Below are positions 46,601-54,214 of a stretch of DNA of 64,000 bases, in pieces; positions within the stretch are counted from its first letter, which is position 1, and every line of letters begins with the position of its first letter. Under the pieces are notes generated by a model. It worked only from the letters and a program-made list of their open reading frames with translations. It was not told the DNA's origin and did no database searches. Origin of the DNA: Magnetococcales bacterium (lineage in GTDB: Bacteria > Pseudomonadota > Magnetococcia > Magnetococcales > JADGBX01); NCBI GenBank assembly GCA_015231265.1, contig JADGBX010000003.1:2829-66828 (forward strand). The letters are read 5' to 3'. Position numbers and translations under genes: made by a program.

Positions 46601-48399
46601 AGTTCGTACTCACCGATGGAGATGGTGGAACCTCCGCCACGTACAACACCACGGTGACCTGGGTGATTCCTGTTGTGGTTCCGGCCCCGCCTCCCGCCAT
46701 GCCTCCTCCCGACGTCGGGGGGGATGAGATGGATGATCCGGAAGAGGAGGAGTTCGTCATCCACAATGACGAGCTGCTGACCGGAGCCCGCCAAGAGGAT
46801 CCCAAACAGCGCCACTGGCCCTGGGAGCGGTTTTCGCTCTATTCGAGCTGGATTCCCCATGAAGGGCGCTATACCAGCCACATCCAGGAGCTGATCGACT
46901 CTTTGAACCGGACCCTTCAGTGGTCCTATGAACCGGGTGAAATCGACAGTTCCCAGCGTTTGATCACCAAACATGTGCAGGGGATGGAGGGACTCGAAAA
47001 GGAGGGCCGTCACAAACCGGGTGCTACCGGGCTTCAGATCCAGGAAGATCTGTCATCCGATCTCGTAGAGGATCTGGAACTGCGCTCTAAAGCCGAAGGT
47101 GGGTTGATCACCCTGGAGAAGACCGATGCCGAACCGGTGGAGGAGGAGGAAGCCCAGAAGGAATCAGCGCCGAAAGAGGGTGTCGTATCCCCAGGAACAA
47201 CCGGGCCCGTGCGTGTCGAGTCGGGCATTCCGGACAGGTCACTTCCCGCTTCCGGAACCTTCACTATTCCGATTCCCAAGGACGCCTTTGCCCATCGCGA
47301 TGCCAACACCTCTCTCACCCTGCATGGCCGATTAGCGGATGGTTCGCCGCTGCCGGAGTGGCTGTCACTGGATGTCAAGGAGCGGCACTTCATCAGCCGG
47401 GGAGATAACCAAGAACACGGCACCTGGCAGATCGTGCTGACGGCACGGGATACCAATGGCAATGAAGCCACGATCACCCTGGAATTGACCATCGGAACCG
47501 ATTTTCGCAGCCTTGAGGTAGAGCCCGCATCCGCAGATGGGGCCATGCTCTCGCCGCCGGTGGGCAAACCGGCACTGAGTGCCCAGTTCCGGGATCATGG
47601 CCGTTCTGCCTTTGATCGTGCCCGGTCGGCACTGTTGTCGCTGTTGGTTCCGGTGCTTTGCACCCTGGTCCTGTTTCCGGACCCGGTTCAGGCGACTGAT
47701 GCTCCGGTTCGCGCTGCTTTCAAACGGGACGCCCCGGTACGCGCTCAGGTGCGATCCACCCGGCGAACGGTCCTCTCGGCGGAGGTGTCGGCCCGAGTGG
47801 TGCGCATTGAACACAAAGCCGGGGAACGGTTTGCAAAAGGAGCCCTGCTGGTCACGCTGGACTGTGCGATCCAGCAGGCCCAGTTGAAACAGGCGCAGGC
47901 GGCCCACCACTTGGCTCTGAAGAAGCGTGCTGCCAACGCCCGTCTCGCCGATTTGCTCTCAAGCACACCCCTTGAAGTGGAAACCACCGAGGCGGAAGCT
48001 GCGCGTACTGAGGCGAATGCCTTCATCCTGGAAAAACAGGTCGAGCGATGCCGGATCATGGCCCCCTTTTCCGGGCGTATCGTCGAATGGAAGACCGACC
48101 CGCACCGCTTCGTTCAAGCTGGACAGGCGTTGGTAGAGATCGTCGATGATCGCCATCTGGAACTCACCTTTCTGGTGCCCTCCCGCCGCATTAATACACT
48201 GAAAGCGGGTCACCCTCTGCGTCTGACGGTGGATGAGACCGGCAAGAATTATCAGGCGGTTCTGGTGCGACGGGGGGCAGTAGTGGATCCGGTAGGGCAG
48301 CGGATTCGGGTGACGGCGGAGATTCGCAGCGATCACACCGATCTTCTGCCCGGCATGAGCGGCTCCATCACGTTTATCGACCGGAAACAGGTCCACTGA
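43648..48399 (+). CDS. Giant surface-type protein: DUF4347 N-terminus, beta-helix repeats, two cadherin-like modules and an Ig-like module, continuing in frame into a TM segment plus a complete small MFP (HlyD-type) module
   Basis: 1583 aa. LEPRVLLDGAA plus VVFIDAGVEDQATLLKDV...IHLISHGGAGSLQLGS...ADILIYGCTVAQGERG is DUF4347. GGAI/GGGI-type beta-helix repeats follow. Two roughly 155-aa modules (about 45712-46200 and 46201-46660) end in VTDGDGGTSAT. Residues 1300-1583 (from ATG 47545) have a TM segment LLSLLVPVLCTLVLF and lipoyl-hairpin halves VSARVVRIEHKAGERFAKGALLVTLD and IMAPFSGRIVEW. Confidence 0.8.
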   Translation: MSRWERDMSDHKRASDDYRSGPSLRLMALEPRVLLDGAALVAGVEVVAETECPERSHSCVVDSDDRATQAVPGESGNEGYAGPPPENREVVFIDAGVEDQATLLKDVTPHADIVFLDPRRDGIRQISQALAGRTSVEAIHLISHGGAGSLQLGSGTLSAETLAQHTESLRSWRHALTADADILIYGCTVAQGERGERFVQALSHHTGADVAASDDTTGSREGADWTLEWRTGTIESVMALDSRAMADYSQTLATITVTNTNDSGSGSFRQAITDASSGDTITFDGSLSGQTINMTSGQYALTKDLTIDGDLNDDNTPDIILDASASNSRIFNNSATVSITGLTLQNADGNIGSGGGIFNSGTLTLSDSALSNITADGTSGDGGGILSYGTLTISNTSFTNTSSLDNGGAIRFWASGKTLTITDSTFTSNSAPRGGAILVTDGNAYIANSTFTSNSASSVGGAIYSLAGVTTVVGSTFTSNTAVQGGAFYNAATLDIIDSTITGNSTTLTTGQYLGGGIRQKGGTVRVYTSTIDNNTAGLGGGIYVGGGDVELYRTTISGNTAGTTGAGIRQRYASGDLTIVSSTIAGNNGDGLVIHGDADSTVITNSIFADNTGVDINGNVTNSNFNIIEDAGSATFTAQANDITGADPSLAALATVAGYPTQIHALNGGSNALNSGVGGADRGVTVTNSIPVLANLAGDTLAYTEDDAATVIEQGSDATVTDSDSGNFNTGTLTVSISANRVSTEDVLSINNQGTGSGQIGLSGTTVTYEGATIGTMTGGSGTDDLVVTFSEFSTATAVTALLKNITYQNSNTGDPSTNARTVDFVVTDGDGGTSATSSATVNITAVNDAPTISALSGDDLSYEAGDGAKVIDQGGNASVGDVDSTDFNGGTLTVSISSNRVSGEDQLAIRNQGTAAGEIGTTGANVTYGGVVIGTFTGGTGTNDLVITFNAASTPTAAGVLLQNITYEDTNSDTPSENTRTIQFVLTDGDGGTSATYNTTVTWVIPVVVPAPPPAMPPPDVGGDEMDDPEEEEFVIHNDELLTGARQEDPKQRHWPWERFSLYSSWIPHEGRYTSHIQELIDSLNRTLQWSYEPGEIDSSQRLITKHVQGMEGLEKEGRHKPGATGLQIQEDLSSDLVEDLELRSKAEGGLITLEKTDAEPVEEEEAQKESAPKEGVVSPGTTGPVRVESGIPDRSLPASGTFTIPIPKDAFAHRDANTSLTLHGRLADGSPLPEWLSLDVKERHFISRGDNQEHGTWQIVLTARDTNGNEATITLELTIGTDFRSLEVEPASADGAMLSPPVGKPALSAQFRDHGRSAFDRARSALLSLLVPVLCTLVLFPDPVQATDAPVRAAFKRDAPVRAQVRSTRRTVLSAEVSARVVRIEHKAGERFAKGALLVTLDCAIQQAQLKQAQAAHHLALKKRAANARLADLLSSTPLEVETTEAEAARTEANAFILEKQVERCRIMAPFSGRIVEWKTDPHRFVQAGQALVEIVDDRHLELTFLVPSRRINTLKAGHPLRLTVDETGKNYQAVLVRRGAVVDPVGQRIRVTAEIRSDHTDLLPGMSGSITFIDRKQVH

Positions 48400-48400
48400 C

Positions 48401-49744
48401 GTGGGGCGGACCGATCAGCTCGAATCGTTGAGCACGCTTCTGCAACTGGAGCGTGAAGCGCGGCAGGCCGACAGCGTATCCGCCCTCGCGTTTCTGATGG
48501 TCAACGGTAGTCACGCTCTGACTCCCTACAGACAGGCGTGCCTCTGGCAGGCCGACTCTCATGGATCAGGCAGAATCATCGCTTTCTCCGGCCAGGAGAA
48601 CCACGACCCCGACGCCCCGTTTCCGCTCTGGATGAATCGTCTTCTCACTCGGCTTCACCAACAGCATGACGTCGATTTCCGCCCTATGACCGCGCAGGAC
48701 CTCGCCGCTGATGATGCCACGGCGTGGGAGGAGTGGTTGCCGCCCCACGCGCTCTGGATCGTCTTGAAGTCTCCCGAGGGTCATAGGCTCGGCGGTCTGT
48801 TTCTGGCTCGGGATCACCCTTGGACAGCGGCGAATGAGCCGCTTCTCAGCCATCTCGTCGAGAGCTACGGCCACGCCTGGAACGCTCTGACCCTCCGCCG
48901 CAAGAGGCTGTTCACCTGGCCCGTTGATCGTTTCAGAGCAGGGCGCAGAATCCTTCTTTTCGTTGCAGTCGTCGGGACTCTGATGATACCCGTCCATCAA
49001 TCAACTCTGGCGCCCGCCTCGGTCACGGCTGTCGAACCGACCATCGTCCGCTCCGCCATGGATGGTGTCGTCGATGAGATTCTCGTCGAGCCCAATCAGC
49101 GTGTAGAGGTGGGAACGCCTCTGCTTCGATTGGATGATCGTACCCTGGCCAACCGGTTGGCGGTCACCCATCGTATCCTGGAGGCGTCTCGGACCGAATT
49201 GCGTCAGTTGGAGCAGACTCTTCTTACCCATGGCAGTAGCCATGAGCCGTTGATTCGACTCGAGGGGAGAATTCAGCAGACCCTGGTCGAACGTGATCAT
49301 CTGCGCGCTCTGCTCGAACGCATCGAGATTCGAGCCGAACGGTCGGGTGTGGTCATCATGGACCGGCAGGAGAGCTGGCAGGGAAGACCCGTGGTGACGG
49401 GCCAACGTATCCTGATGATTGCGGACCCAAGTGATACGGAGATCTCCATCACGCTGCCGCTGGAGAACGCCATTCCACTGCCGGATGCTGCACCCGTCAC
49501 TCTGCATCTCAGTTCGGATCCGAGCCGCTCCCATGCGGGGCGACTGCGGTATCGGGGCTTTCAACCGGTTGTCCAACCCGAGGGCTTCGCCGCCTATCCG
49601 TTGAAGGCACGTTTCGTGGACCACACGAGCCGTCCCCGCCTGGGGCTTCGGGGAACAGTCACGATTCAGGGTGAGAAGATCCCCTTGTTTTACTATCTGT
49701 TCCGACGCCCTGTGTCGGCGTTCCGGCGTTTAACGGGGTTCTGA
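48401..49744 (+). CDS. HlyD-family membrane fusion protein with a roughly 190-aa N-terminal cytoplasmic (GAF-like?) domain
   Basis: 447 aa with a GTG start 1 nt after the upstream stop. TM segment ILLFVAVVGTLMIPV, then VRSAMDGVVDEILVEPNQRVEVGTPLLRLD, a coiled coil, and IRAERSGVVIM. Confidence 0.8.
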   Translation: MGRTDQLESLSTLLQLEREARQADSVSALAFLMVNGSHALTPYRQACLWQADSHGSGRIIAFSGQENHDPDAPFPLWMNRLLTRLHQQHDVDFRPMTAQDLAADDATAWEEWLPPHALWIVLKSPEGHRLGGLFLARDHPWTAANEPLLSHLVESYGHAWNALTLRRKRLFTWPVDRFRAGRRILLFVAVVGTLMIPVHQSTLAPASVTAVEPTIVRSAMDGVVDEILVEPNQRVEVGTPLLRLDDRTLANRLAVTHRILEASRTELRQLEQTLLTHGSSHEPLIRLEGRIQQTLVERDHLRALLERIEIRAERSGVVIMDRQESWQGRPVVTGQRILMIADPSDTEISITLPLENAIPLPDAAPVTLHLSSDPSRSHAGRLRYRGFQPVVQPEGFAAYPLKARFVDHTSRPRLGLRGTVTIQGEKIPLFYYLFRRPVSAFRRLTGF

Positions 49745-49745
49745 C

Positions 49746-51848
49746 GTGCACAGTCCCCACCACACGTCCCTCAGGGAGGAGTTGACGCTCCACGTCGGCC
49801 CCAAGACCAGGGATGGTTCTCCCACCTGGTCATTGCATGATCCGGTGAACAACCGATTCTACCGTCTTGACTGGCCGGTGTTCGAGATCCTTGCCCGCTG
49901 GTCGCTGGCAGATCCCACTCGTATTATCGATGACATCAATCGCACCACCACGTTGCAGATCGATAGCACCCATCTGGCTGACGTTGAGAGATTTCTCAAC
50001 CAGCATCAACTCCTCAACACTTTGGGACAATCCAGCTCTTCCCGAGTCAGGAAACCCCGGCGTGGATGGATGATGCGTCTTCTGCACGGCTATCTCTTCT
50101 TTCGGATCCCACTGGTGCGTCCCGAGGGATTTCTCAACCGGACGCTGCCTCTGGTCGATCGGGTGTTCTCACGTGGATTTCTGTTGTTGATGCTCGTGAT
50201 CGGTGGGGTGGGGCTCTATCAGATTTCAAGGCAATGGGATCTCTTCCTGGCCTCCTTTGCCGAGATCGCAACGCTTCAAGGTGCTCTGGGCATGGCCGCT
50301 GCCCTGGTGCTGACAAAAACTCTCCACGAACTGGGCCATGCCTATGCGGCCCGCCGATTCGGGTGTCATGTTCCCGTGATGGGCGTGGCCTTTCTCGTGA
50401 TGTGGCCGGTGCTCTACACCGATGTCACCGATAGCTGGAAGCTGAACGACAAGCGTCAGCGCATGTTGGTCGGCAGTGCAGGAATGCTCTCTGAACTGGC
50501 TCTGGCTTCCATAGCCACTTTGGCCTGGAATCATGTATCACCGGGTCCACTCCAGAACACGCTCTTCTTCATCGCCGTCAGTAGTTGGCTGGTGAGTCTG
50601 ACCATCAACGCGAATCCCTTCATGAAGTTCGATGGCTACTTCGTGCTGTCGGATTGGCTTGAGGTCGAGAATCTGCACGAACGGGCGACGGCTCTGGGGC
50701 AGTGGCGTCTGCGTGAGATGCTCTGGGGATTGGGCGATTCTCCCCCCGAACCCCTCTCACCCCGCATGCGGCGCTCCATGATTCTCTTTGCATGGGCTAC
50801 CTGGATCTATCGTCTGATCCTGTTTCTCGGCATTGCGTTGTTGGTCTATCAGTTATTTTTCAAACTGTTGGGACTGTTTCTGATGGTTGTGGAGGTTGTT
50901 TGGTTCATCATCCGTCCGGTATTCATGGAGCTGCGCCGTTGGACGACGCCACGCTATCGGCCCAGACTCAACAGCCATGCGGCCATCACCATTCTTGCCC
51001 TTTGTGTTGTTGCCATCATCACGGCGCTTCCCATCACCACCCGACTGGCCTTACCGGCTATTTACAAGCCGGAACAACAGAGAGTCCTCTACGCCCCCAC
51101 ATCCGGGCAGGTAGAGAGCCTCCCGGCCGCCCTTGGAGACTCCGTTGCCAAGGGGGATCCACTGATCACCCTCTTCGATCCGGACATGGCCTTTTCCATT
51201 GAACAGAGCAGCCGATTGATTGCCATGCTGGAGAAGCAGCTTGCCATTCAGGGCATGGGAGACACCGCTGGCAGTGACGCATTTCCCTTGCTCAGAAAGG
51301 AGCTGGAAACCGCATACACACGGCGGCAGGGCTTATTTGAACAGCGTGATCGATTGGTGTTGACCGCCCCCTTCGACGGACGCATTGCTCGGATCATGGT
51401 GCAGGAGCAGGGCTGGGTCAGGGAGAAGAGTCCTTTGATTGAAATGACCAATATTGAGCAGTGGGTGGTGGAGGCGTACCTACCCGAGTCGGATTATGCT
51501 GCTGTTCGAATCGGTGATCCCGCACGGTTTCGGCCAGAAATGCCCGAGGCTCCGGAGTGGTCACTTCGTGTCAGTGAGATTAACACCGCTGCGGTCGCAC
51601 ACCTCTCTGAACCGATACTCTCATCACGCTACGGTGGTGATGTCGCCACCTGGCCGGGAGTTCGGGATAACAAACTGGTTCCCGTGTCGAATCTGTACCG
51701 TCTTCGCTTGAGCATCGTATCCACTGCTGTCGGCTCAGATTGGCCGGTCATGCGGGGCACGGTGATGATCTCCGGAGATCGGCAGTCTCTCTATTCAATT
51801 GTGCGTTCATGGATCACCGATGTTCTGATTCAGGAGAGTGTATTTTAG
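49746..51848 (+). CDS. Polytopic site-2-protease (peptidase M50) domain fused to a C-terminal MFP-like periplasmic domain
   Basis: 700 aa with a GTG start 1 nt after the upstream stop. HELGH at residues 194-198 (50325-50339) lies in a TM context, and NANPFMKFDGY is the N..P....DG motif of S2P. There are several TM segments. The C-terminal roughly 250 aa have lipoyl-like halves YAPTSGQVESLPAALGDSVAKGDPLITL and LTAPFDGRIARIMV. Confidence 0.8.
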   Translation: MHSPHHTSLREELTLHVGPKTRDGSPTWSLHDPVNNRFYRLDWPVFEILARWSLADPTRIIDDINRTTTLQIDSTHLADVERFLNQHQLLNTLGQSSSSRVRKPRRGWMMRLLHGYLFFRIPLVRPEGFLNRTLPLVDRVFSRGFLLLMLVIGGVGLYQISRQWDLFLASFAEIATLQGALGMAAALVLTKTLHELGHAYAARRFGCHVPVMGVAFLVMWPVLYTDVTDSWKLNDKRQRMLVGSAGMLSELALASIATLAWNHVSPGPLQNTLFFIAVSSWLVSLTINANPFMKFDGYFVLSDWLEVENLHERATALGQWRLREMLWGLGDSPPEPLSPRMRRSMILFAWATWIYRLILFLGIALLVYQLFFKLLGLFLMVVEVVWFIIRPVFMELRRWTTPRYRPRLNSHAAITILALCVVAIITALPITTRLALPAIYKPEQQRVLYAPTSGQVESLPAALGDSVAKGDPLITLFDPDMAFSIEQSSRLIAMLEKQLAIQGMGDTAGSDAFPLLRKELETAYTRRQGLFEQRDRLVLTAPFDGRIARIMVQEQGWVREKSPLIEMTNIEQWVVEAYLPESDYAAVRIGDPARFRPEMPEAPEWSLRVSEINTAAVAHLSEPILSSRYGGDVATWPGVRDNKLVPVSNLYRLRLSIVSTAVGSDWPVMRGTVMISGDRQSLYSIVRSWITDVLIQESVF

Positions 51849-52246
51849 AGCGTGATGACATGTGCAAGGGGATGGCTGTTGCGGGCTTCTTTTTATAAGC
51901 ACTTTTGATACTGTAGGTGTCCTATGAATAGTCATTCTGTTCGGAGGTGGTGAAATGGGGTTGCCCATTGCGATACCCATTGCCACTCACGTGACAACGG
52001 TTACCGCTGCCAACCAACCAGAGGGATTCTTCGGTGTTAGTGGGCTCAATCATGCCATAATCAATACCACCAATACTGACACCAGGGAGGACCACACGCT
52101 CCGGGGATTGGCGTCGGAGGGTGTCGTGTCCCGATCTATCCTTGCTTCTCTATACAGGATGGCAAACAGCACGATTTCAGCTACCTTGGAACCGGACGCA
52201 ACGCCGGCGCCTTCTGTCGATCAGAATCACCACGGGGAGTGTCATA

Positions 52247-54190
52247 ATGTGCGGAATCTGCGGGGTCTTCCACTTCTCCTCCCAGCGAACTCCGTCCCGT
52301 CGGCGCCTGGTGCACATGTCGGATACCCTCTCCCATCGTGGTCCCGATGACGAGGGGTATCTTCTGGATGGCCCCACTGGGCTCGGTCACAAACGGTTGA
52401 GCATTCTGGATCTCTCCCCCACGGCACACCAACCCATGGCCAGCAGAGACCAGCGCTACTGGATCGTCTTCAATGGCGAGATCTACAACTTCCGGGAACT
52501 GCGGCAGGCGCTGAAACAAACCGGACACGCATTTCGCAGTACAGGCGACACGGAAGTTCTGTTGACGATGATGACAGTACACGGTACCGATGCGTTGCCC
52601 CGTCTCAACGGCATGTTCGCCTTTGCCCTCTGGGATCGTCGTGACCGCACTCTGCTTCTGGCTCGCGATCCATTCGGAATCAAGCCGCTCTATTACACCA
52701 TTGATGACGGTCGGCTCATCTTCGCTTCGGAGATGAAGGCGATTCTGGCCTATCTGGGACGCGGGGCCGAACTGAACTCCGCCGGACTGTTGGAGACAGT
52801 GACCTTCCAATACTGCTTGGACGACAAGACTCTCTACCGGAATATTCACAAGGTGCCACCGGGCCACGCCATGCGTTTCGACCAAGAGGGCGCGGTTCAT
52901 ACCGTGCGTTACTGGTCACCCGGTTTTGACAAATGCGAGGATGACGAAGCTGTTGCTGTCAAACGGGTCCGGGAGATTCTCGACGACTCTATCGCTTTGC
53001 AACTCCGTAGTGATGTCGATGTTGGGTGCCACCTGAGTGGCGGTATCGATTCCGCTTCCATCGTCGGGCTGGCCACGCGCCGATCCCCCAACCGTCTTAA
53101 GAGTTTCACAGCCGGGTTTTCGGAAGGAGGTGTCTTCAACGATACCCATCACGCCGGAATCTCGGCTGAGCACTTCGGCACCGACCATGCGGAGATCTTT
53201 CCTACTCCCGAGCGGTTCGACTCCCGCTTTCACGCCCTGATGTGGGCACTGGAGGAGCCGGTGGCCGGCAACGGCTCCTTTGCTCAGGATGCAGTCTCCG
53301 AACTCGCCTCTCGACATGTCAAGGTGGTACTGGGCGGGCAAGGGGCAGATGAGCTGGCCGGTGGCTATGTTCGCTACTATCTTCTCGCTTTGGAAGAGGC
53401 GCTTAAATCGGAGATCTCCGGCACCCCGCATCCGGAGATGCCGCTGTCAGAACTGCAGAAAAATCTCCCTCAACTGCAGGCCTATACCCCCCTGATGCAG
53501 AGTTTCTGGTCCGATGGGCTGTTTCAATCAGAGAGCGAGCGTTTCCTCCGGCTCATCACCCGACAGCCGAATATTCAGGCGCTTCTGCATCCGGATCTGC
53601 ATTCGGAACTGCAGATCCATAATCCTTTGGCGCGGTTCCATGCCGTCTATGCCGCTCCGGATGCCCCGGAGATGTTGGACAGAATGCTCCACTTCGAAAC
53701 CACGGTCTGGCTGCCTGCTCTGCTGCAAGTCGAGGACCGCACCTCCATGGCGTGGTCTCTGGAGTCGCGGGTACCGTTTCTCGATACGCGGTTGGCAGAC
53801 TACCTCTTTTCGCTACCAACCTCGGTGAAGTTCAAACACGGCCGTCTGAAACACCTGATCCGAGCCGCCATGGCAGATCTTCTCCCCCCCACCATTCTGG
53901 AACGTCGCAACAAGGTGGGCTTTCCCGTGCCGTTAAGCCACTGGTTCTCCGGTCCGCTACGAGAGTGGCTGCACGATCTACTGCTGGATCGAAGAACCCT
54001 GGAGCGTGGTCTCTTTCGGCAGACGTCGATTGAGGCAGCGATTTCTAACGACAGCTCCTTCAACCGCTCGATCTGGGGGCTGATCTGCATGGAGTCCTGT
54101 CTGCGTCAGATGGTCGACCATAATCCGGCATTGACCTCCATGGATGACGTGCGTGACCGTCCGATCATGACCCCATCCACTCCCCTCTGA
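52247..54190 (+). CDS. Asparagine synthase (glutamine-hydrolysing)-like amidotransferase, of the type found in glycan clusters
   Basis: The start is chosen at MCGICGVF (Ntn Cys2 of class II amidotransferases). GHKRLSILD and the synthetase-domain SGGIDS PP-loop are present. The track ORF begins 126 nt upstream with no support. Confidence 0.85.
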   Translation: MCGICGVFHFSSQRTPSRRRLVHMSDTLSHRGPDDEGYLLDGPTGLGHKRLSILDLSPTAHQPMASRDQRYWIVFNGEIYNFRELRQALKQTGHAFRSTGDTEVLLTMMTVHGTDALPRLNGMFAFALWDRRDRTLLLARDPFGIKPLYYTIDDGRLIFASEMKAILAYLGRGAELNSAGLLETVTFQYCLDDKTLYRNIHKVPPGHAMRFDQEGAVHTVRYWSPGFDKCEDDEAVAVKRVREILDDSIALQLRSDVDVGCHLSGGIDSASIVGLATRRSPNRLKSFTAGFSEGGVFNDTHHAGISAEHFGTDHAEIFPTPERFDSRFHALMWALEEPVAGNGSFAQDAVSELASRHVKVVLGGQGADELAGGYVRYYLLALEEALKSEISGTPHPEMPLSELQKNLPQLQAYTPLMQSFWSDGLFQSESERFLRLITRQPNIQALLHPDLHSELQIHNPLARFHAVYAAPDAPEMLDRMLHFETTVWLPALLQVEDRTSMAWSLESRVPFLDTRLADYLFSLPTSVKFKHGRLKHLIRAAMADLLPPTILERRNKVGFPVPLSHWFSGPLREWLHDLLLDRRTLERGLFRQTSIEAAISNDSSFNRSIWGLICMESCLRQMVDHNPALTSMDDVRDRPIMTPSTPL

Positions 54191-54214
54191 TAGTGCCGCA
54201 AATCAGAGCTGTAT

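Noticed and set aside
45016-47013. 665-aa ORF on the minus strand
   Set aside because: It lies entirely antisense to the giant protein gene. Its Gly/Arg/Asp-rich low-complexity translation is typical of a shadow frame in GC-rich repetitive coding DNA, and it has no motifs.
43648-51848. Classical type I secretion system
   Set aside because: I looked for an ABC transporter (Walker A GxxGxGKS/T, LSGGQ) in all frames listed for this region and its flanks, and for RTX nonapeptides in the giant protein. I found neither, so I do not call it a T1SS.
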